Assembly: GCA_046704385.1 (NCBI GenBank)
Contig: JBJKSB010000105.1
Location: 165 to 64,164, forward strand
Length of the DNA stretch: 64,000 nt
Direction of reading: 5' to 3'
Origin: Bacteroidales bacterium
GTDB lineage: Bacteria; Bacteroidota; Bacteroidia; Bacteroidales; SZUA-534
Shown: in pieces, positions 57,400 to 64,000 of the stretch
How the letters are laid out: the number at the start of each line of letters is the position of its first letter
How positions within the stretch are numbered: the first letter of the stretch is position 1
Made by a program: the position numbers and the translations under genes
The notes under the pieces: generated by a model
Told to the model about the DNA's origin: nothing
Database searches by the model: none
What the model saw: the letters and a program-made list of their open reading frames with translations, nothing else

Positions 57400-57851
57400 G
57401 AGAATAAAAAAATTAACCTAAAGATAATTTGAATATCTAACTTTTTTCAATTTTTTTAAATTCTTTTATTTCTTTCGGTATGAAAATCTGGCAAAGGCTT
57501 GGAAATGAAAGAGAAGAATAAATAAAAAATCCTGAAAGAGCAATTCAATTCAACCCAGGGCAGAAAAACGAAAATAAGTGAGCGATAGTCTAACTTATTG
57601 AAGTTTTGTTGCCCTGGGTTCTGGGTGACCTGGCCAGAAGAATCGTCGCAAGTAGTAAAATTTAATTGGAATAGTACAGTTTATTTCGACGAAATTCACT
57701 GGCTCATCATTATAGTGCGCACATATATTGCACATTTTAAGCAACTTATATCTTATCTTGACAGTCTGCCCCGATTTATCGGGGGCTATGCTTGCAATTG
57801 GGGAGGATTTTTTAGGAATTTTATTATACTTCCGAAACATTATTGAAGGTT

Positions 57852-57907
57852 AATACTCATCGGATGACGAAACTGCAGGTTTATAAATAAATCATCCGAT
57901 GAGTATT
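57852..57907 (-). terminator. perfect 16-bp inverted repeat just downstream of the GH99-like gene (terminator-like hairpin, no U-tract)
   Basis: AATACTCATCGGATGA (57852..57867) pairs with TCATCCGATGAGTATT (57892..57907), 24-nt loop. Confidence 0.4.
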
Positions 57908-57940
57908 TAAATATAACCTTATGAACGCACTACTGGTGGT

Positions 57941-59413
57941 CTATTCATTAATTATTACAAATTTTCCTGTTCTTACAGTAGTTCCGTTTTTTATTATTAG
58001 CGTATAAATACCCGGCACAAGATTCGGATCGGGAATAGTAATTTCCTGATTTTCGATTTCAGAGATATGGTTATAAACTTGTCTGCCCAAGGAGCTGTAA
58101 ATGGTGAGGGATGTTCTTCCTTGCAAATTATCACCTAAAGCTATTACTATGTTTCCTCCGGTATACGGATTCGGATAAATAGCAATATTTTGACAGAATT
58201 TTGTTTTGTCGGCAATTTTTGAGCTGGGATCAAGGGCATTTATAATAACAGCGGCACTATCAATTTTTAAATTTCGCAAGTCGTATGAGGCTTTATCTAA
58301 CTGGCTTTGAACGGAACCATCACTAGCATACTTTTTCCGTAAATTATAAAGTCGGTAAACCAGGCGCAATTCATTTTCGCCATAACTCACGCCGGTATAT
58401 TTCTGGATTTTCATTAAATAACTGAACCCGGTTTCAACAGTGGGTTCAAACATGGTTCCTTCGCCAAAATCGTTAAATGTAACCAGTTGAACCATATCAA
58501 TTTTACTTTTATTTTGTTCGGCCAAATTTAAAGTGGCATCCAGTGTGGCTCCATCGTCGGGTAAAATGGTAAAATAACTATCACCGGCACCGCCTTCAAC
58601 ATAAAAATCTTCAAAACCCGGATAGGCAACACCCATTACAGTTTTTAATCCTGCTGCACGGTTGTTGTAGAAGTTTGTAAGATGAGTGAGATGATTTTGA
58701 TTATCCTGGTAAACCCACATAAATTCACCATCGGAGTTTGAACCTGCCAAACCGGAATTGTACCACATAGGTATAAATTCAACATCTTCACCTGCTGAAG
58801 GTAATATTTCATCCCAGTTGGTTGGCGATGTAAAAGTCACGGGTCCAAAAATGCAAACCAATGGAGCATGATCACTTCCGTACCTGATATATTCAGAATT
58901 GGTAAAATAATTATCTTTTAAATAGGCAAAATTGGCTTTAACATCGTCAACACTACGGCTAAAACGGTCTTCGAGTACTACTCCGAATTGCATTCCAAAA
59001 TCGTCGGTGTACGAAATTATGCTGTTTGAACTGGTTAGTAAATCCTGAATATCGCTATTTGAACCCTGAACTCCATACCAATCTATCAAAATGCCATCCA
59101 CACCCGAAAGTTTCATAAGTAACAAATGATATTCTATTACATCTTTATCGCGACTGGCGTAGGGACCAATTAACGGATAATAATGAGAGGCAATTTGACG
59201 ATGCCCGTTGTCATCAATAATATCGGGATTTTTGGTATTCATTTTCCAGTGCCAGCCCCACGTACCGATGGTTGCAGGAGTTTCAAACCAGGTCATATAA
59301 TGCATATACACTTTCATGAGATTTGTTTTTGTAACCGGTTTTTGACCTTTAGCAAAGCCTGCAACGAGTAAATTCAGGGCAATTAATATAATTTTAAGTC
59401 TATAAGTTGTCAT
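57941..59413 (-). CDS. GH99-like (GH71/GH99 clan) glycosidase with a T9SS C-terminal sorting domain
   Basis: 490 aa with a signal peptide. VYMHYMTWFE...GWHW...IASHYYPLIGPYASRDKDVIEYHLLLMKLSGVDGILIDWYG matches the GH99 pattern (YYaWY..W.hW...iaS.fYP.lG.YsS.D..vie.Hm....a.iGvl..SWyg). VTFNDFGEGTMFEP matches the FNEWhEGT motif. CTD: IAIYPNPYTGGNIVI...PGIYTLIIKNGTTVRTGKFVIINE. Confidence 0.65.
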   Translation of the reverse strand: MTTYRLKIILIALNLLVAGFAKGQKPVTKTNLMKVYMHYMTWFETPATIGTWGWHWKMNTKNPDIIDDNGHRQIASHYYPLIGPYASRDKDVIEYHLLLMKLSGVDGILIDWYGVQGSNSDIQDLLTSSNSIISYTDDFGMQFGVVLEDRFSRSVDDVKANFAYLKDNYFTNSEYIRYGSDHAPLVCIFGPVTFTSPTNWDEILPSAGEDVEFIPMWYNSGLAGSNSDGEFMWVYQDNQNHLTHLTNFYNNRAAGLKTVMGVAYPGFEDFYVEGGAGDSYFTILPDDGATLDATLNLAEQNKSKIDMVQLVTFNDFGEGTMFEPTVETGFSYLMKIQKYTGVSYGENELRLVYRLYNLRKKYASDGSVQSQLDKASYDLRNLKIDSAAVIINALDPSSKIADKTKFCQNIAIYPNPYTGGNIVIALGDNLQGRTSLTIYSSLGRQVYNHISEIENQEITIPDPNLVPGIYTLIIKNGTTVRTGKFVIINE

Positions 59414-59426
59414 TGTTGCTCAGTTT

Positions 59427-61541
59427 TCAATTAATATTAACAGGTATCAGGCTTATGGCAGCTCCTCCACCCCGGGCCAGGTCAATTGTAATTTCCGATT
59501 TATTTGTAACCTGTTTTTTCTCAATAGTTATACTTGTCGGATTTGTTTGCCAATCGGCATCTTTACCATCTTTATATATTGTGGCGTTGTATATTTTATC
59601 TTTATCAAGAAAATCAAATTTCAGATCAACTTTCCGGGCATTTTTCCCGGTTATAGTTCCAACAAACCAATTGTCTGACGAGCGCTGTTGCCGGGCGATA
59701 GTTATATATTTTCCAATTTCACCATCCAGTACTTTTGTTTGTTCCCAATCGACGGCAACATCGCGGATAAATTGAAAGGCAGGATTCCCTTCGTAGTTTT
59801 CAGGAAGGTCGGCAGCCATTTGCACAGGACTATAAATTATTAAATTTAAAGCCAGCTGTTGTGCCAGGGTTGTATTTACCCGGTTGTTGGGTCTGTAAGG
59901 TTTCAGGGTTATGTTGAATATTCCGGGTGTATAATCAATAGGACCAGCCAACATCCGTGTAAACGGTATTATGGTTAAATGTTCAGGAGGATTTCCTCCG
60001 TCTTTCGACCAAGCGTTAAATTCCTGTCCCCTAAGTCCTTCCTCAGACAATAAGTTGGGATAGGTTCTGCGTAAGCCGGTTTGCTTTATGGGTTCATGAA
60101 TATCAAGAGCAATTTTATATTTTGCGGCTGTTTCTAAAATGTGCCTGTAATTATTAATCATCCATTGGCCGTGGTGATGTTCCCCTTCTGGTAAAATTTT
60201 ACCTACAAAACCGAGTTTGGCATAATGTAAATTGAGTTTCTGCATTAACCGGTATGCGGTATCCATTTGGTGCATGTAGGTGAGGGGAGCAGCAGAGGTT
60301 TCATGATGCATTATAATTTCAATACCCTTATCGTGAGCATATTTAACAACTTCATCCAGGTTATAATCGGCGTAAGGTGTAACAAAATCGAATACACCTT
60401 CCCGATTTTCAGTTTTGTTAATGTTACCCCAACCCGTATTCCAGCCTTCGACCAGAACGGCTTGCAAATTATTTTTGGCAGCAAAATCAATATATCGTTT
60501 GGCATTTTCAGTAGTAGCTCCATGGTTTCCGCCTTCCATATCCCAGGCTGTTTTATTCAAATGCATTTCCCACCAGATGCCATCATATTTGGCCGGTTTT
60601 ACCCAGCTCACATCTCCCAGTTTGTTGGGTTCATTAAGATTCAGAATTATTCGGGAACTAATTAAATCGCCCGGGCTTTTTGCTAGTTGTATCGTTCGCC
60701 AGGGAGTGCTAAAAGGTAATTCGCGTTTAACGGCATACCCAAGTCGTTCCGAACCCACCAAACCGCTGGTAAAAATCAAATGGGTGGTATCTGCAATTAA
60801 GGTCATGCCTGCATAATCGGTTAAATTGGCTTCGTGAATACTGATGTAATATCCATCTGCAGTTTTCATGGTTAAAGGAGTATTAACAGCATTTTCCATA
60901 ATGGCGGACTGACTGATTCCCGCATCAGGAAGTGAAAGAGCATCAATTTCAGAAATTCGGGTATGATGATATAGATGTTCGTAACTATCCCAGTCGCCTG
61001 GTATCCACCAGCATTCGTGATTTCCGGTAAGATTAAACTGCGTATTTTCTTCAAGAATCACAGCCTCTTTCATTTGCTCCTGTTTCGGGAAAACATATCT
61101 AAATCCAATACCATCATCAAAAACCCGGAAAACAATATTCATCTGCCTTTGATTAGCATTTTTCTCTTGGAGGTGAACGGTAAGTTCATGATAATGATTT
61201 TGCACCAATCGCTGCTCACCCCAGGGTTGTTCCCAGGTTTCATCCAAGGAGTCAGTTTCAGAACTCAGTATTTTAAAACCACCTTTAATTGGTGGAGCAT
61301 CTTTCAATTTAAAACCCAAAAATGAGGTATCAATAATTACTTTATTAAAATATTTTACTGTATAAGCAGGTTCCCCACTATTAGATAAAATAAATTCCAC
61401 CATGGTATTTCCTGAAGGGGATGTAATGTTGATATTAGTATTGCAGCCCAATTTTGCACAAGAATTTAAAAATAAAACACTCAGTATCAGAGTAAGTTTT
61501 GGAAATAATTTTTTAAACAAGTTGGTATTTGTTTTATTCAT
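59427..61541 (-). CDS. glycoside hydrolase family 97 (SusB-like alpha-glucosidase type), lipoprotein
   Basis: 704 aa with lipobox FLNSC. Collinear with the other GH97 (ETWEQPWGEQRLVQNHYHELTV, LQAVLVEGWNTGW, IMHHETS, EEGLRGQEF). Confidence 0.8.
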   Translation of the reverse strand: MNKTNTNLFKKLFPKLTLILSVLFLNSCAKLGCNTNINITSPSGNTMVEFILSNSGEPAYTVKYFNKVIIDTSFLGFKLKDAPPIKGGFKILSSETDSLDETWEQPWGEQRLVQNHYHELTVHLQEKNANQRQMNIVFRVFDDGIGFRYVFPKQEQMKEAVILEENTQFNLTGNHECWWIPGDWDSYEHLYHHTRISEIDALSLPDAGISQSAIMENAVNTPLTMKTADGYYISIHEANLTDYAGMTLIADTTHLIFTSGLVGSERLGYAVKRELPFSTPWRTIQLAKSPGDLISSRIILNLNEPNKLGDVSWVKPAKYDGIWWEMHLNKTAWDMEGGNHGATTENAKRYIDFAAKNNLQAVLVEGWNTGWGNINKTENREGVFDFVTPYADYNLDEVVKYAHDKGIEIIMHHETSAAPLTYMHQMDTAYRLMQKLNLHYAKLGFVGKILPEGEHHHGQWMINNYRHILETAAKYKIALDIHEPIKQTGLRRTYPNLLSEEGLRGQEFNAWSKDGGNPPEHLTIIPFTRMLAGPIDYTPGIFNITLKPYRPNNRVNTTLAQQLALNLIIYSPVQMAADLPENYEGNPAFQFIRDVAVDWEQTKVLDGEIGKYITIARQQRSSDNWFVGTITGKNARKVDLKFDFLDKDKIYNATIYKDGKDADWQTNPTSITIEKKQVTNKSEITIDLARGGGAAISLIPVNIN

Positions 61542-61855
61542 ATTTTTAATTTGTATTGTGTCTTAAACATCAATATTTATCTGCCTGTTTAATGCAATTT
61601 AAAATTAATATATAACTCATCCCCTTGTTTTAAATATAAGGTTTATATAGAAATTATAAGGAGATAAAAAATATAAAAAGCAGATATTCAAATTTGTATA
61701 TCTTGCCGGAATATAGATTGTTTTAAGAAAACAAAGTGCAGATTAAGGTTAAAATCTTAATGAACCGTAAAACAATTAAACCGTTATTGTTACTTAAAGA
61801 ATCTTTTACTACTATTTTATTTCAACCTTAATTTTTTTACATTTAATTATAAATT

Positions 61856-62437
61856 ATGAAAACCATGAGCATACAAGGAACCAAAACAGAGCAAAACCTG
61901 TTAAAAGCATTTGCCGGCGAATCGCAGGCAAAGAATCGCTATGAATTTTATGCAAAAGTTGCAAAAAAGGAAGGCTTTGAACAAATTAGTGAGATTTTTA
62001 TGATAACCGCACAACAGGAACAATCGCATGCAAAAACATTTTTTAGGTTTCTTGAAGGAGGTCCTGTTGTAGTTACGGCAACGTATCCTGCCGGAAGAAT
62101 TGGCACAACGTCTGAAAACCTGGAAGCTGCTGCCATGGGCGAAAACGAGGAGTGGACTCAATTATATCCAAAATTTGCAGAGGAAGCTGCTGATGAAGGA
62201 TTTAAAAGTGTGGCAGCCATGTTTAAAATTATTGCAAAAATTGAAGCCTTACACGAAAAGCGGTTTAAGAAATTACTTGCAAATATTTTAGAAGGCAAAG
62301 TTTTTGAGCGCGATTCGGAAGTCCGATGGGTATGCCGCAAATGTGGTCATGTGCATGTGGGAAAAGTTGCACCGAAAATGTGTCCGGGATGTGGACATCC
62401 GCAAGGTTATTTTGAAATAGAGAGTGAAAATTATTAG
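61856..62437 (+). CDS. rbr: rubrerythrin
   Basis: 193 aa. Ferritin-like di-iron domain (GESQA.NRY..YA..A..EG...I...F...A..E..HA) plus a C-terminal rubredoxin-like CxxC...CxxC (CRKCGH...CPGCGH). Confidence 0.95.
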   Translation: MKTMSIQGTKTEQNLLKAFAGESQAKNRYEFYAKVAKKEGFEQISEIFMITAQQEQSHAKTFFRFLEGGPVVVTATYPAGRIGTTSENLEAAAMGENEEWTQLYPKFAEEAADEGFKSVAAMFKIIAKIEALHEKRFKKLLANILEGKVFERDSEVRWVCRKCGHVHVGKVAPKMCPGCGHPQGYFEIESENY

Positions 62438-62569
62438 CAGAATTGACATTCTCACAGTTCATAATTGTGCACGACTAATCGAGAATGCTTATGACTTTTC
62501 AGATTTAGAAGATGAGTAAGCTGCAATGTTCTAACCAAAAGATTAATATTAATGTAATAAAATAATATC

Positions 62570-63694
62570 ATGGCAAATCATATCGGACTTCTGACTTCAG
62601 GTGGCGATACTCCTGGTTTAAATGCGGCTTTGCGCGGTGTTGGAAAAGCGGCTATCCGAAAATACGACATGCAAATAACAGGTTTTAAAGATGGATTCCG
62701 GGGACTAATGGAAAACCGTACCATGCGACTGGATAAAGGTATTCTGTCAGGAATACTTACTCTTGGCGGGACTATTTTAGGTACCAGTCGTGATAAACCT
62801 CATAAAATGCCCATTGGTGGCCATATTATGGACATGACCGATGTGATTGTTGAGAATTATCATCGGCAACATCTGGATGCATTGGTTTGTTTGGGTGGAG
62901 GCGGAACGCAGAAGAATGCATATGAATTGGTTAAAAAAGGACTTAATATAATAACGCTGCCTAAAACTATCGATAATGATGTGGTACTGACCGATATGAC
63001 TTTTGGTTTTGATACCGCCCTGGGTATTGCTGTTGATGCCATCGACAGGTTACATAGTACGGCACACAGTCACCATAGGATTATTGTAGTTGAAATTATG
63101 GGTAATAAAGCCGGATGGCTGGCCTTAGGTGCCGGAGTGGCTGGTGGGGCCGATGTTATTCTGCTTCCTGAAATACCCTATAATATCGATTTTGTAGCTG
63201 AATCAATATTAAAAAGAGCCCGTGCCGGGTCTCCTTTTAGCATTGTGGCTGTCGCAGAGGGTGCAATTTCACAGGAGACTCATAAAAAACTTAAATCAGT
63301 AATTGATAAATTGAATAAAGAGGAAGACAAGGACAAGAAGCAAGAACTTAAAAGCAAATTAAAAAAGATAAAGGCTGATAATAAAACGACCACAATGGAA
63401 ATTGCCCAGTTATTAGAAGAGCGAACCCGACTCGAAGCCCGGGTTACCATTTTGGGGCATTTGCAACGCGGCGGTACTCCTTCAGCTGCCGACAGGCTTT
63501 TGGCCACACGATTGGGTACAGCATGTGCCGATTATATCAAAAAGGGTCAGTTTGGAGTTATGGTTGCTGCCCGGGGCGATAGTACTGAGGCCGTTCCAAT
63601 TGAAAAGGTTGCCGGGTTCATTAAATATGTTCCTCTCGACCATCCCTGGATAAATAGTGCCCGAAGCGTTGGTACCTGTATGGGTGATTATTAA
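62570..63694 (+). CDS. pfkA: 6-phosphofructokinase (PfkA family, atypical donor-site residues, ~30-aa Lys-rich insertion)
   Basis: 374 aa: [40 protein letters not shown] and [15 protein letters not shown]. Confidence 0.85.
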   Translation: MANHIGLLTSGGDTPGLNAALRGVGKAAIRKYDMQITGFKDGFRGLMENRTMRLDKGILSGILTLGGTILGTSRDKPHKMPIGGHIMDMTDVIVENYHRQHLDALVCLGGGGTQKNAYELVKKGLNIITLPKTIDNDVVLTDMTFGFDTALGIAVDAIDRLHSTAHSHHRIIVVEIMGNKAGWLALGAGVAGGADVILLPEIPYNIDFVAESILKRARAGSPFSIVAVAEGAISQETHKKLKSVIDKLNKEEDKDKKQELKSKLKKIKADNKTTTMEIAQLLEERTRLEARVTILGHLQRGGTPSAADRLLATRLGTACADYIKKGQFGVMVAARGDSTEAVPIEKVAGFIKYVPLDHPWINSARSVGTCMGDY

Positions 63695-63876
63695 ATTCAT
63701 CCTCTCAGATTTTTAACGGCTTCCCTTATACCTTTTTATATTTCCGTTAACATTTTTGCAAAAATGTTTTAATTTAAAACTATTTTTATAACTTTGGTCA
63801 CGATTTATAAGCAAACAATGCTCATATCGTGATAATTGTTAGTGTGTAACAGAGCGTTTAAGTTAAAATAAATTAT

Positions 63877-64000
63877 ATGTGTGGAATTGTGTGTGCTTTC
63901 GAATTAAAGCAGAAAGCTGAAGAATTAAGGCCCCGCTTGTTGGAAATGTCTAAAAAAGTCAGACATCGCGGGCCGGATTGGAATGGGATACATTGTGAGG
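63877..64000 (+). CDS. asnB: asparagine synthase (glutamine-hydrolysing), first 41 codons; continues beyond the window end
   Basis: My translation from the ATG at 63877: MCGIVCAFELKQKAEELRPRLLEMSKKVRHRGPDWNGIHCE. It has the Ntn class-II amidotransferase start MCGI and the RGPD motif. Confidence 0.8.
   Translation, partial: MCGIVCAFELKQKAEELRPRLLEMSKKVRHRGPDWNGIHCE

Noticed and set aside
57595-57846. Two ~81-aa ORFs occupying the same bases on opposite strands.
   Set aside because: Mirror ORFs in an AT-rich intergenic stretch. They have odd composition (Cys/Trp/Phe-rich), no recognisable motif and no plausible start context. I treat the region as non-coding and discuss it as such.
43069-61541. 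The two GH97 genes bracketing the PUL as possible terminal repeats of a mobile or duplicated element.
   Set aside because: The similarity is at the protein level only (diverged paralogues, same orientation). I could see no long identical nucleotide stretches, no integrase or transposase, and no tRNA or direct-repeat junctions.
61542-61855. Per-box/OxyR-like operator upstream of rubrerythrin (ATTAAGgttaaaatCTTAAT near 61745..61764; TAATTATAAATTA near 61843..61855).
   Set aside because: Only short AT-rich pseudo-palindromes in a very AT-rich divergent promoter region. They cannot be told apart from background by eye.
1-64000. CRISPR arrays, IS elements, integrases, prophage genes, rRNA, tmRNA/RNase P/SRP RNA.
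   Set aside because: I scanned the intergenic regions and the ORF translations. I found no regularly spaced direct repeats, no transposase, recombinase or phage signatures, and no recognisable conserved ncRNA cores other than tRNA-Leu and the SAM-I riboswitch.

Overview
This is a 64-kb chromosomal segment that looks like a Bacteroidota genome. Support: several proteins end in T9SS (type IX secretion system) C-terminal sorting domains, there is a SusC/SusD pair and a PorV-like barrel, and the DNA is AT-rich. Almost all of the window is coding, and I see no transposase, integrase, CRISPR array or rRNA.

Contents, left to right:
1. At the left edge, a tightly coupled two-gene cassette on the minus strand. 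It pairs an uncharacterised TIR-like alpha/beta protein with an nSTAND/NACHT-type P-loop NTPase that runs off the window. This is a candidate conflict/defence module.
2. A 2183-aa T9SS-secreted modular surface protein: beta-helix, then 4 Ig/jelly-roll repeat units, Kelch repeats, cadherin-like repeats and a CTD. A fossil second CTD tail follows its stop codon in frame.
3. A SAM-I riboswitch that the ORF track masks with an antisense ORF, fronting metX-hom-metH-metF. A truncated DUF3368/PIN-like remnant sits next to it.
4. Housekeeping genes: glyQS, nadB, tRNA-Leu(CAA), dCMP deaminase, S41 peptidase, ahcY, greA, HIT, rubrerythrin, pfk and the asnB 5' end. T9SS cargo and orphan secreted proteins are interspersed among them.
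5. A three-gene operon: an unusually long TonB-dependent receptor, a 1432-aa orphan protein with a FlgD-Ig/T9SS-like tail, and a PorV/PorQ-like barrel. I consider this the best candidate for an undescribed system.
6. An 18.5-kb, single-orientation polysaccharide utilisation locus that looks alpha-glucan directed. It holds 2 GH97, a cytoplasmic GH65 phosphorylase-like enzyme, an SLC45-type MFS transporter, SusC/SusD and two divergent GH71/GH99-clan enzymes, one of them T9SS-tagged. Its regulator is a membrane-spanning TPR protein with a C-terminal HTH.

All functional calls come from motif recognition by eye. No database search was run.
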